32,000 nucleotides of DNA from Rhodobacter capsulatus SB 1003 (GCF_000021865.1 NC_014034.1:1050001-1082000), one strand, 5' to 3'. Counted from the stretch's first letter, positions 15,962 to 24,200 are shown. Numbers and translations are program-made. Notes: generated from the sequence alone by a model not told the origin.

Positions 15962-16339
15962 TCAGTTTCCCCGCTTCGCCTCCTGGCCGAAGTTGGCCTC
16001 GGCGAGTGCGGTCATGATCCCGGCCCGCCCCCAAGGCAGACCGACCAAGCCATCGAGACGCTCGGCCGAGAACGGCACATCGGCGCCCCGCTCATCGACG
16101 ATGCCCCGCCAGGAGCGGCAGCACATCCGCATCTGCTCCTTGTCGGCCTCGATGCGCTCGCGATCCGTCGTCGCGGCGGCATGCCGTTCCTGGCACGCCA
16201 GCAGGACTTCGCGCGGTTGCGCCTCGAACTGCATCTCGAAGCTCTGCTCGACGAACGTGCCAGCATTGTCCGGATCGGGCACACGCACCGTCACCGGCCA
16301 CCAGTAGAGATGCTTGTCGGTCATCACGAATTTCGTCAT
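15962..16339 (-). CDS. Tail assembly chaperone (lambda gpG-like)
   Basis: 125 aa, located between the tube and tape-measure genes. It ends in the slippery heptamer G GGA AAC directly before its stop. Confidence 0.7.
   Translation of the reverse strand: MTKFVMTDKHLYWWPVTVRVPDPDNAGTFVEQSFEMQFEAQPREVLLACQERHAAATTDRERIEADKEQMRMCCRSWRGIVDERGADVPFSAERLDGLVGLPWGRAGIMTALAEANFGQEAKRGN
15965..15971 (-). promoter_or_regulatory. Programmed -1 ribosomal frameshift slippery heptamer GGGAAAC (G/GT type)
   Basis: The minus strand reads AAG CGG GGA AAC TGA, an X XXY YYZ heptamer in the correct phase. The -1 frame stays open with high GC3 for 47 more codons, to 15825. Confidence 0.65.
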
Positions 16340-16471
16340 GGTCTGATCCTGTCTCAGATGATGTTCTTGCGGCCCGCAATCCCGAGAAGGCGGAACGCTT
16401 CTTCGCGAACCTCTTCGCCGACCAGCAAAAAGCCGACGCGAATGAGGAAACAGCCGAGGCGGTGGCGCATG

Positions 16472-17398
16472 TCAGCGCACGATGATCTTGATTTCGTCAC
16501 GGCCCGAGACCGGGCAGAACCGCAGCGGCAGGCTGTAGTTCGCGACGTTGTCGGTCTGGCCCTGCGCGGGCTTGCCGATCTCGACGGCCGGGGCGGTGAT
16601 CTCGACGATGTTGCCCGCCGTGGTGCCGTGCACGATCGACAGCGCGCCCCGGGTCGAGGCCTTGGCCAAGGTGAACCAGTCTTTGGTGGCGATTGTGTCG
16701 GCGACCACGACGGCCGTGCCGCTGGCTTTCCGATCGGTGATCTTCATCTCCTCGGAGCCGATCAGGAACCGCGGCGTCACCGTATTGCCCAGATCGAGCG
16801 ACAGGCTTTCGGCCCCGCCGGTGTAGCCATGCAGCGAGAAGACATCGTTCGCTTTCGAAACCGGCACCGGCGTCGTCCAGCCGGTCATGGTCACCGCAGG
16901 AAGGGCGACATCGGTCACGGTCCCGAGCATGCCCATGAAGCTGAACTTGAACTTCGGGATCTGCTTCGGAACGAAGTTCATCGAGACGTTGGCACGGCCG
17001 CCCAGGAAGATGTGCTGGACGCCGTCCGAGTTGAAATAGAGCGTCCCGCTCTCCTGGGCCGCTTCGACGATCGCATATTCGACCTTGGTCGCGGCCGTGA
17101 CGGTCTCGCTCAGCCCGCAGACCCGCAGGATCGAGCCGTATTTCGGGGCGGTGCCAGCGGCGCCGCCGCCTGCGATCTCGATCTCGAATTCGAGCTTGCC
17201 ATACATCGCCGTCAGGATCGCGCCCTGGTTGCCCATGTAGGGCAGCATCAGATCGCGCGAGACCTCGGTCGCCTCGATGGGCGTGAAGGTGATGTTGGTG
17301 GCGATGAGCGCGTTCGCGGCCGCGGGGGTCGCATCCACGCCCTGGGTCGTTTCGATCTTGTGGAGCATGGCCAGCGTCGGCCAGCGGCGGGATGCCAT
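16472..17398 (-). CDS. Major tail (tube) protein
   Basis: 308 aa and beta-rich, positioned directly upstream of the chaperone pair and downstream of the neck genes. Confidence 0.7.
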   Translation of the reverse strand: MASRRWPTLAMLHKIETTQGVDATPAAANALIATNITFTPIEATEVSRDLMLPYMGNQGAILTAMYGKLEFEIEIAGGGAAGTAPKYGSILRVCGLSETVTAATKVEYAIVEAAQESGTLYFNSDGVQHIFLGGRANVSMNFVPKQIPKFKFSFMGMLGTVTDVALPAVTMTGWTTPVPVSKANDVFSLHGYTGGAESLSLDLGNTVTPRFLIGSEEMKITDRKASGTAVVVADTIATKDWFTLAKASTRGALSIVHGTTAGNIVEITAPAVEIGKPAQGQTDNVANYSLPLRFCPVSGRDEIKIIVR

Positions 17399-17400
17399 GG

Positions 17401-17598
17401 TCAGCGTCCTTTCCGGGTCTGGGCCGCGGGGGCGGCGGGGATCGTGTCGGCGGCGGCATCAGTCGAGAGGTCGCCCTGATCCTCTCCCGCCGCCGACGGG
17501 GGCGTCTCGGATGCCGGGGCGTCATCTTCCTCGACGCGGGTCAGCGCACCCGTTTCGGGATCGCGCAGGTAACGGCCGCCTTCGGTGGGCTGGTCCAT
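17401..17598 (-). CDS. Small acidic hypothetical protein
   Basis: 65 aa with high GC3, tightly packed between the neck and tube genes. No recognisable domain. Confidence 0.5.
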   Translation of the reverse strand: MDQPTEGGRYLRDPETGALTRVEEDDAPASETPPSAAGEDQGDLSTDAAADTIPAAPAAQTRKGR

Positions 17599-17600
17599 GG

Positions 17601-18032
17601 TCAGGCTCCTGTCAGGAAACGGGCGGTCGCCCAGGTTTGTGCGTAAATGCTGACGCCCGTGCTGATCGGGCTCGTTTCGCCGCCGACCAGCTCGCAGGGC
17701 TCAACGAAGCCGGGGATCACGACGCCCGCCAAAGCGGCCTCGATGTCGGAGCGATAGGCGTCGAAGGCCATCGCGCGCTCGCCCCCCATCACCCCGTCGT
17801 AAAGGCGCACAACGATGCCGACGACGAACTGCACCTCGACCCATTGCCGGAAGCCGCCCCCCATCAGGGTCTGCGGACGCCCGGTCTCGGTCCAGGGCAT
17901 GATGATCGCGGTGCCGCTCTTGACCTGACCGGCGCGGTCGGCGAGCGCATCGATATTCTCGGCGACATCGACACCGGCCCAGCGGGGATCGCTGAGATGA
18001 GAAGTCAGATGGCTCAAGAGGTCCGCGAGCAT
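17601..18032 (-). CDS. Neck / tail-completion protein (Mu gp37-like position)
   Basis: The preferred start ATG 18032 makes a TGATG overlap with the DUF1320 stop. An alternative GTG start lies at 18041. Function is assigned by position only. Confidence 0.55.
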   Translation of the reverse strand: MLADLLSHLTSHLSDPRWAGVDVAENIDALADRAGQVKSGTAIIMPWTETGRPQTLMGGGFRQWVEVQFVVGIVVRLYDGVMGGERAMAFDAYRSDIEAALAGVVIPGFVEPCELVGGETSPISTGVSIYAQTWATARFLTGA

Positions 18033-18457
18033 CAGCGCCACCCTGCCAGCCGGGCGGGCGTGAAGACCGGCTCGGGATGGGCCGCCATGACAGTGCCGCC
18101 CGAGACCGCCGCCGCCGTCTCTCCCGCCGCGACCGGCAGGGTGATCAGCCCGCGCGAGACATCCTTCAGGGCGAGGATCGCATCCTTGTAGTCTTGGCCA
18201 ACATGATCGGGGGCACCATTGCGATGCAGCGTGTAGCGGGCGATGCTGACGGCCCAGCCGCGCACGATCGACGGCACCGAGGGCAGCGGCAGGGCGTATT
18301 TCGCGCCGACATAGCCGTCGATCGCGGCATCGGCCGTGGCCAGCGCGGACGCGACGACATCGGCGTCGATCACGCCGTCGCGGTCGCGGTCGGCGATCTG
18401 GCGCAGCTCGGCCTCGCCCGCGCGGTCGATCAGGTCATCGAGCGTCGCGTAGGACAT
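18032..18457 (-). CDS. DUF1320 (Mu gp36-like) head-tail connector protein
   Basis: MSYATLDDLIDRAGEAELRQIADRDRDGVIDADVV...IDGYVGAKYALPL...IARYTLH matches the DUF1320 pattern. Confidence 0.75.
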   Translation of the reverse strand: MSYATLDDLIDRAGEAELRQIADRDRDGVIDADVVASALATADAAIDGYVGAKYALPLPSVPSIVRGWAVSIARYTLHRNGAPDHVGQDYKDAILALKDVSRGLITLPVAAGETAAAVSGGTVMAAHPEPVFTPARLAGWR

Positions 18458-18747
18458 CAGGCGACCTCACCGAAGAGCTTGCCGAGTTCCGTAAATACCG
18501 CGGCGGGATCCACCTCGATCTCGGCGCGGCCGGGCTGGAACACGGCCCGGTTCACGGCCATGAAGCCCTGTTCGATCGCGGTGCGGCCGATCTGGAGCCA
18601 TATCTTGTCGATCGCCGGATCAGCGGCCAGCACATCGAGACGGCGCAGCAGCAGCTCTTCCAGCCACTTGTTGCCGTTCACCACTGCCAAAGCTTCGCCG
18701 CTTTGCGGCTTGTAACCGGCGACCGGCAGACCTTCATGCGTGCTCAT
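18457..18747 (-). CDS. Small protein, candidate Acb2/Tad1-hairpin family cyclic-oligonucleotide sponge (anti-CBASS); otherwise hypothetical
   Basis: 96 aa. The pattern LPVAGYKPQS...VVNGNKWLEELLLRRLD...WLQIGRTAIEQGFMAVNRAVFQPGR, with Y12 and K27 fifteen residues apart, matches my recollection of Acb2 (Y11/K26). It is preceded by a 70-nt spacer containing a strong hairpin. Confidence 0.4.
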   Translation of the reverse strand: MSTHEGLPVAGYKPQSGEALAVVNGNKWLEELLLRRLDVLAADPAIDKIWLQIGRTAIEQGFMAVNRAVFQPGRAEIEVDPAAVFTELGKLFGEVA

Positions 18748-18771
18748 CTTCGACCTCGTCGCGTTCGAAAT

Positions 18772-18801
18772 GCCGGGGGCGATCTGATCGCCGCCCCCGG
18801 C
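18772..18801 (-). promoter_or_regulatory. GC-rich stem-loop (10-bp stem, 10-nt loop) in the spacer upstream of the Acb2-like gene
   Basis: The minus strand reads GCCGGGGGCG-GCGATCAGAT-CGCCCCCGGC followed by ATTTCG, with no long U-tract. Confidence 0.5.
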
Positions 18802-18817
18802 GCGGGCGATGGGCCCC

Positions 18818-19306
18818 TCAGCCCTTCGCCTTGCCGCGTCCCGCTTTCGGCGTGGTCTTGGCGGCTTCGGGATCTTCTTCGACCGGTTGCACCTCGGCCT
18901 GTTCTTCCGCCTGGACGGGTTCGAGGCTGTCTTCGGTGCCGCTCACCGGGCGGGTATTCGGATCGACGGGCGCGACCGGGGCGCTTTCGTTTTCGATGGG
19001 CCAAGTGCCGTCAGCATCTTCGGCGACCGGAAGCGGCCCGCCCTGGAGCTCGATCACGCGGGCCTCAAGCAGCTTGAGCTGCGCCTCGGCCGAGAGCGCG
19101 CGGGCCTGCCAATCGACGATCACGGCATTCAGATCCGCCGCGACGTCAGCATTCTCGATCAGCCCCGCCGCATCCTCGGCCAGCACACCCGCGGCGCGCA
19201 GCTGCTCGCGCTCGGCATCGGTCACGCGGACCTTGTCACCGGGACGCTTCACCGCATCGCGGATCTTCGCGGGGCCGATCAGTACCACTTCGATTTTGTC
19301 TTCCAT
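18818..19306 (-). CDS. Hypothetical head-associated protein with a coiled-coil centre and an acidic, Pro-rich C-terminus
   Basis: I chose the start ATG 19306 because it is preceded by AGGAG. The longer ORF-track start is Pro/Arg/Ser-rich and overlaps the capsid gene. Confidence 0.6.
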   Translation of the reverse strand: MEDKIEVVLIGPAKIRDAVKRPGDKVRVTDAEREQLRAAGVLAEDAAGLIENADVAADLNAVIVDWQARALSAEAQLKLLEARVIELQGGPLPVAEDADGTWPIENESAPVAPVDPNTRPVSGTEDSLEPVQAEEQAEVQPVEEDPEAAKTTPKAGRGKAKG

Positions 19307-19317
19307 CAACGGCTCCT

Positions 19318-19364
19318 GTCGGTTTGAGCAAGCGGGCGGCGAACCGCCCGCTCCTGAAACCGAC
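19318..19364 (-). terminator. Extended stem-loop directly after the major capsid gene; a partial terminator or mRNA stabiliser
   Basis: The minus strand reads GTCGGTTT-CAGG-AGCGGGCGG-TTCG-CCGCCCGCT-TGCTC-AAACCGAC. This gives a 9-bp inner stem with a TTCG loop plus an 8-bp outer stem. Confidence 0.55.
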
Positions 19365-19370
19365 CGCCGA

Positions 19371-20324
19371 TCAGGCCGCGGCCCCGGCGTTCTGCAGCAG
19401 GAACCCCCCTTCGGCGCCCACCAGATAGGGCCGACGCTCGACCGTGGTCGGGTAGATCCAGCTGTCGCAGCTGCGCTCGAAGTAGGGCTGCTGAACCTGC
19501 GGATAGCCCGCCAGTTCGTAGGTGTAGCCGTAGGCGGGCACCTGGAAGTTGTCGCCGGTATCGGGGACATAGGAGAGGATCACGTCATCGCCCCAGACAT
19601 CGCTGGCCATCGTGTCGTCGGTCGCGTTTTCGGGCAGCCAGACCGCGGCGCCAAGCAGCACGCGCTTCACCTCGAAATAGGCCGCCAGCATGTCAAGCGT
19701 GATGCTGTCCTTCGAGGTGTACTTGAACTGCTCCTTGATCTTGGGGTGGTTCTTCGCCGCGTTCGCAGCCGTCGGCCCCAGCGTGATCGTGTTCGGATAG
19801 CGCCCGATCGAGCGCCGGATCGCTTCCTTCCCAGCATCGACATCCGCTTTCGGGTTCGACAGGTCCGACGTCCAGCGCGCGGTACCGGTGAGCGCGAGTT
19901 TGTGGTTCGCGTCATAATTGGCCGCCGTGCGCGCCAGCTGCGCCGCCGCATATTCATGGCCCAGATCGATGACGTTCAGCACCATGTTGACGGCGCCCGC
20001 GCCCAGATCGACGCCCGGGATGGATTCCGCCTCTTGCTGGTGTTCGATCGGCACCACGCCTTCGAGCGCGTCCTGAACGAGCGCCACCGGGTCCGAGGCG
20101 TAGCCATACTGCACGCGCTTCTTGTCCGCGCCGGGCGCCCGGCGGGTGTTCAGCATCCGGAAAGCTTCCTTGCCGAACTTCAGGACGCGCATCGAGCGGT
20201 TGGGGATCGTCACCCGCGGAAAGAGCAGGTGCGAGATGAATTCCGAATTGCGATAGCCGCGCGCATGGGTCGAAAGGATCGGATCGACGACGGCGGCGGT
20301 ACGGACGTTGACGGGCGGGGCCAT
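19371..20324 (-). CDS. Major capsid protein
   Basis: 317 aa with a GAGGAG RBS. It follows the protease/scaffold and DUF2190 genes. Its size and position fit Mu-like siphovirus head modules. Confidence 0.8.
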   Translation of the reverse strand: MAPPVNVRTAAVVDPILSTHARGYRNSEFISHLLFPRVTIPNRSMRVLKFGKEAFRMLNTRRAPGADKKRVQYGYASDPVALVQDALEGVVPIEHQQEAESIPGVDLGAGAVNMVLNVIDLGHEYAAAQLARTAANYDANHKLALTGTARWTSDLSNPKADVDAGKEAIRRSIGRYPNTITLGPTAANAAKNHPKIKEQFKYTSKDSITLDMLAAYFEVKRVLLGAAVWLPENATDDTMASDVWGDDVILSYVPDTGDNFQVPAYGYTYELAGYPQVQQPYFERSCDSWIYPTTVERRPYLVGAEGGFLLQNAGAAA

Positions 20325-20334
20325 GGGGGTCTCC

Positions 20335-20679
20335 TCAGCGGATCAGGATTTGGACGAGCTCGCCCGCGGCCGCGGCCGTCAGAGCGGTGGCGAAGATGTT
20401 CGCGTCGGTGCCGACAACCGCCTTGCGCACGCCACCGCCAGCAGCGGAACACAGCGGATCGCCTTTCGCGATGGTCGCTTTCGCGGTGACGGTTTCGGTC
20501 CCGGCCGCGGTGATGGCGATCGGCATGCCGACCTCGGTGGCGGGGTACTGCGCGACACCCTTGACGGCTGCGTTGGCGGCGGTGATCGGCGCGTCGTCAA
20601 AGCCGATCAGGTCACCGGCGGAGCAGATCGCGGTCACCGAGGCGGTGAGGGTCAGGATGGCGTGGTAGGAACGGATCAT
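20335..20679 (-). CDS. DUF2190-like small head protein (capsid decoration or cement candidate)
   Basis: 114 aa, Ala/Gly/Thr-rich and beta-type, located between the scaffold and capsid genes. Confidence 0.6.
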   Translation of the reverse strand: MIRSYHAILTLTASVTAICSAGDLIGFDDAPITAANAAVKGVAQYPATEVGMPIAITAAGTETVTAKATIAKGDPLCSAAGGGVRKAVVGTDANIFATALTAAAAGELVQILIR

Positions 20680-20691
20680 GTTGACCTCTGA

Positions 20692-21804
20692 TCAGGAAAC
20701 GGCGCGCACGGCGTCGAGATAGTCCGTGCCGGGGTGGGCGCGCTGATGGGCCAGCGCCTTTTCGTGGCGGGAGAGCGCCTCGGCATCGACGGCCTTGCCG
20801 TCGGCCGCGAACTGAACGGGCGTCGCGGTGCCGGGATCTTTGCCCAGATCGGTTTCGCCGAAGGTCACCACCTTCGGCTGGGCCGACAGGATGTCGCGCA
20901 GCGCCTTGGCCAGATCGACCTGCGCGCCGCCCTCGGCAAAAGCGACGGTCGCGCCCAGGGGCAGCGCATCGAGGACGGCGACGGTCTGATCCTTGACCGC
21001 GGGCAAGAGCTTGCCATCGGCGATCAGCCCCTCGGCAAAGGCGACGTTTTCATCGTGACGGGCGGCGGCTTCGCGGGCGGCAACCGCCGCCTCGCGCGCG
21101 GCGATTTCGGCTTCGCGCGCGGCGAAGGCCGGGTCGGGCTGGGTCACAGCGGGCTCCTTCTTGGGGTGTTGCTCGCCCGAGAACATCGGCTCGGGCTTGG
21201 GGTGGATTTCGATCTCGCTCAGCCATTCGAGCCGGTAGGACGGCAGAACCTTGTCCGCCTCTTCCAGGCCGAATTTCTCGATGAAGAAGTCGCGCAGGCC
21301 GCGCAGGATCGAGGCGGTCTCCTCGAAGCCGCGCTCGCCGAAGGCCGAGGTGAAGACGGTATCGGCACGGCCGGAAAACTTGACGTTGCGCAGCCCGGAG
21401 ACCGCCGGAGCAGCCGCGCCCAGAAACCCGACATGCTTCGGATACCAGGTGCCCGGCACAGGATTGTGCGGCTGGCCCGGGCTGAAGAACGCCATCGAGA
21501 CCTTCTTGAACCGCCCACCCTTCACCAGATCCGCGAACTGCGGCTCGATCTCGTGCAGATCCGCAAAGAGGCGCTCGGTTTTGGCGTCGTAATGGAACGA
21601 TTTGATCCAGCCATAGGCCGGGGCGTCAGTATCCGGATGCCCGACGACGATCGGCGCGGGGGCGGTCTCGGGGTCATAGGCGTCGGCAATCGCCCGCAGA
21701 TCGCCCGCGGAATAGGTGATGGCCGCGCCTTCCATCGGCGTGAAAGTGCCGGGGCGAAAAACCTCGATGCGCGCGGTGAGGGGGGCGGGGCTGGTCTCGG
21801 TCAT
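20692..21804 (-). CDS. Prohead protease / scaffolding protein (Mu gpI-like position)
   Basis: I chose the start at ATG 21804 (MTETSP...), preceded by AAGGA. A globular N-terminal domain is followed by an Ala/Glu-rich coiled coil (AFAAREAEIAAREAAVAAREAAARH) typical of scaffolds. Confidence 0.7.
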   Translation of the reverse strand: MTETSPAPLTARIEVFRPGTFTPMEGAAITYSAGDLRAIADAYDPETAPAPIVVGHPDTDAPAYGWIKSFHYDAKTERLFADLHEIEPQFADLVKGGRFKKVSMAFFSPGQPHNPVPGTWYPKHVGFLGAAAPAVSGLRNVKFSGRADTVFTSAFGERGFEETASILRGLRDFFIEKFGLEEADKVLPSYRLEWLSEIEIHPKPEPMFSGEQHPKKEPAVTQPDPAFAAREAEIAAREAAVAAREAAARHDENVAFAEGLIADGKLLPAVKDQTVAVLDALPLGATVAFAEGGAQVDLAKALRDILSAQPKVVTFGETDLGKDPGTATPVQFAADGKAVDAEALSRHEKALAHQRAHPGTDYLDAVRAVS

Positions 21805-21848
21805 GGGTCCGTCCTTGGTGACGGACAACCCTTCGCACAGGCCCGAAT

Positions 21849-21876
21849 GCAAAACCCCCGGACACAGGTCCGGGGG
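21849..21876 (-). promoter_or_regulatory. 28-nt palindromic element, copy 1: terminator-like hairpin and/or late-activator binding site upstream of the protease/scaffold-capsid-tail block
   Basis: The plus strand GCAAAACCCCCGGACACAGGTCCGGGGG is identical to 30270-30297. The minus strand reads CCCCCGGAC-CTGT-GTCCGGGGG-TTTTGC. It ends 45 nt before ATG 21804. Confidence 0.6.
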
Positions 21877-22071
21877 CATCGCGTGGTGGCCTCTTGGTCA
21901 GATCATAGGCGCGGCGACGCCGCTCACGCAATGGTCTTCGCCCGGGTCGCTTCGGATTGGCGCGCAGAGCAATCCTAACGGGGGGCTAACGGGGCGGGAT
22001 GGCTTCTGACGTGCATCCGGGGCCGCACAATGACTGGACCCATCAGCGGCGCAATCAGCGACGCGGCCACC

Positions 22072-22626
22072 TCAGCCCTCCAGCCAGTCCTGCGCCTGTT
22101 CCAGGATCCCCTCCTGATCCGCCGCCGAGATCCCGATATAGGGCCGGGCCGGAATGGTGATCGTGTGCGCCTTGATCGCCACGTCCTTGCCACCCTCCTT
22201 GTCGCGTTTGGCAAAGCGCCGCCCGACCATGTAACGGCTGCCCGCTTGCTTCTCGATCGTGCCGCCCAGCTGGTGGATTGCGGCGTATGCCACCGGCGAT
22301 CCGATGCGCAGTTCGTCATCGGAGGCGATGTAGTTGATCGACCCGGCCAGAGACGAGCCGGACTTGCCTTTCGTATTCGATCGCAGAATTGTCAGCGGCA
22401 GCTGTCCGGCCTTCGTTCGCGCCCGGATTGTCGCCGGTTTCAAGGGCGTCCACGGTTTTCCGTCTGGACCGGTTTCGGTTTTGAACCGCGTGCTGGTCGA
22501 AGCCAGCAGCAGCTCGCCGACCCCCTTGTAGAACCCGCGGGGATTTTCCATCCGTGCCAGCAGATCCCGCAGCGCCTGGCGCGCGGTGGCCTCCTGCAGC
22601 TCAACCGAGATGCTTATGCCCGTCAT
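22072..22626 (-). CDS. Virion morphogenesis protein (Mu gpG-like)
   Basis: 184 aa. The pattern ...FKTETGPDGKPWTPLKPATIR...HQLGG... and its position after MuF match Mu gpG. Confidence 0.7.
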   Translation of the reverse strand: MTGISISVELQEATARQALRDLLARMENPRGFYKGVGELLLASTSTRFKTETGPDGKPWTPLKPATIRARTKAGQLPLTILRSNTKGKSGSSLAGSINYIASDDELRIGSPVAYAAIHQLGGTIEKQAGSRYMVGRRFAKRDKEGGKDVAIKAHTITIPARPYIGISAADQEGILEQAQDWLEG

Positions 22627-22718
22627 CGTTGAAATCTCCCTTGGTTTCGGCTATATTTCTGGTGTCGAAGCGGTGCGGCGGTGACTGCCCTTCTAGCCGC
22701 TTCGGTGCTGCGACCCGA

Positions 22719-24200
22719 TCACCCGGGCCGCTTTCGTTTCCAGAGCAGCTTTCCGACCCTTTGCTTGTCGATGTGGCTGTAGTCCGGCTTGGCACGGTTG
22801 AAGGATGCGTAACCGGTGACTGCTCCCCACGCCTTGCGCCCGACCTCAAACAGCACTTGCAGCGAAGTCGTCTGATCGACTTTGATGTAGCGCCGCGTCA
22901 CCATGAGCTCTTCATAAGCCGGGAAGTATCCGGAGACTGCGTCAACTGGTACCGCGCGCACGCCCATCCAGATTTCATCCGGGTTCATGATCGCTTCAGC
23001 CAAGAGCGCCGCATATTCACCGCGGCCGCGTTTCATGAGCTTCGACGCTCCAGAGTGTTCAAGGAAAAGCTGCTCGGAAATGACGATCGTCGCTCCGGAT
23101 TTGTCCTCCCAAAGCGCAGCTTTCCCGACGTCGGCGCCAAATGGCTCAAGGAATGCCCTCAGATAATCAGGCTCAGGGAGACCTTCAGGCATGCGCTCTG
23201 CCGTGAACGGCACCGATGCCGCAAGCAGATCCGCCATCGGCTCCGCTTTGTCGATCGACACGACATGATGCCCTTTCAGATCTCCGGTCAAGATCGCACC
23301 CCCGTCATTGAGGAGCGCCGACGGCACAAGGCCGCGCTCCCACAGATCGCCCGGCATGTAATCCCAGCCGTAGCCGATCCCCTCGGGAAGCTCGATCACC
23401 GCACCAGTGGCCCTGTCGATGTGCTTGACCATCGAAGTCTCAGGTGCCTTGTCCGGCCCGTCCTTGCCCATGCGCCGCAGATCACCGCGCGAGAGCGTCC
23501 GCACACCGCAGCTGCAGACCCAATCGTTCGGCGGGAAATGCGCATCCCACCACGGATCGTTCCAGAACAGCACCAGGTTGTGCCAGGAGGTGTGCTCCGG
23601 CCGCGGGTTCAGCGGCACCCGGGTTTCTCCGTGGCGGTATTGCCAATAGGGCCGCACCTTGACCACATCCGGATCGCGCATCTGCCGCAACCTCCCGGCC
23701 ATGTAGCTCGTGCGGATGTTCGTCTCGAAAATGGTGCGGATGCGCCATTCGCGCCCGCCGTTGTAGGACCAGCCGTATTTTTCGACGAGACGGTCGAACT
23801 CGTCCGCGAAGGCCTTGATGTCGTAAGTGCGCGCGCCCTCGATGATCGCCTGCTGGAACTCCTCCAGCATCGCCATGTCGGTGACCCCCGCCACGACAAA
23901 GGCGCGGTCGTGATCGCCCTGCATCGCATCCGTCCAGGCGGTGGTGGGCTTGCCCCGCTTTTGCGTCAGGAAATCGATCTGTTCGCGGAACTCCTGACGG
24001 GTCAGATCGACATCGGCAAAGCTGACGTCTTCCCAGTCCGCGAAGACCGCCTCGCGCCCCTCCAGCGCCGCCAGCTGCATCGCCTGGGAAAAGAGCGCGG
24101 CCAGCGCATCGGGCGTCCAGGTGGCGCCGATCTCCAGCACGGCCCTGGCGGCTGCGTCAAAATCCTCGGCCGTCTCGATCGCCTTGCGCACAGCGGCCAC
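22719..24200 (-). CDS. MuF-family minor head protein with a ~240-aa C-terminal extension. The true start is possibly further upstream.
   Basis: The MuF core reads WRIRTIFETNIRTSYMAGR...RPEHTSWHNLVLFWNDPWW...PPNDWVCSCGV. The first canonical start is GTG 24200, but the frame stays open with high GC3 back through 24299. Confidence 0.8.
   Translation of the reverse strand: MAAVRKAIETAEDFDAAARAVLEIGATWTPDALAALFSQAMQLAALEGREAVFADWEDVSFADVDLTRQEFREQIDFLTQKRGKPTTAWTDAMQGDHDRAFVVAGVTDMAMLEEFQQAIIEGARTYDIKAFADEFDRLVEKYGWSYNGGREWRIRTIFETNIRTSYMAGRLRQMRDPDVVKVRPYWQYRHGETRVPLNPRPEHTSWHNLVLFWNDPWWDAHFPPNDWVCSCGVRTLSRGDLRRMGKDGPDKAPETSMVKHIDRATGAVIELPEGIGYGWDYMPGDLWERGLVPSALLNDGGAILTGDLKGHHVVSIDKAEPMADLLAASVPFTAERMPEGLPEPDYLRAFLEPFGADVGKAALWEDKSGATIVISEQLFLEHSGASKLMKRGRGEYAALLAEAIMNPDEIWMGVRAVPVDAVSGYFPAYEELMVTRRYIKVDQTTSLQVLFEVGRKAWGAVTGYASFNRAKPDYSHIDKQRVGKLLWKRKRPG

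Noticed and set aside
16354-16470. 38-codon minus-strand ORF (MRHRLGCFLIRVGFLLVGEEVREEAFRLLGIAGRKNII) in the spacer between the tube and chaperone genes
   Set aside because: It has high GC3 and starts 1 nt after the tube stop. However, it has no RBS, no motif and no downstream coupling, and lambda-like tail modules have no gene here. The evidence is insufficient.
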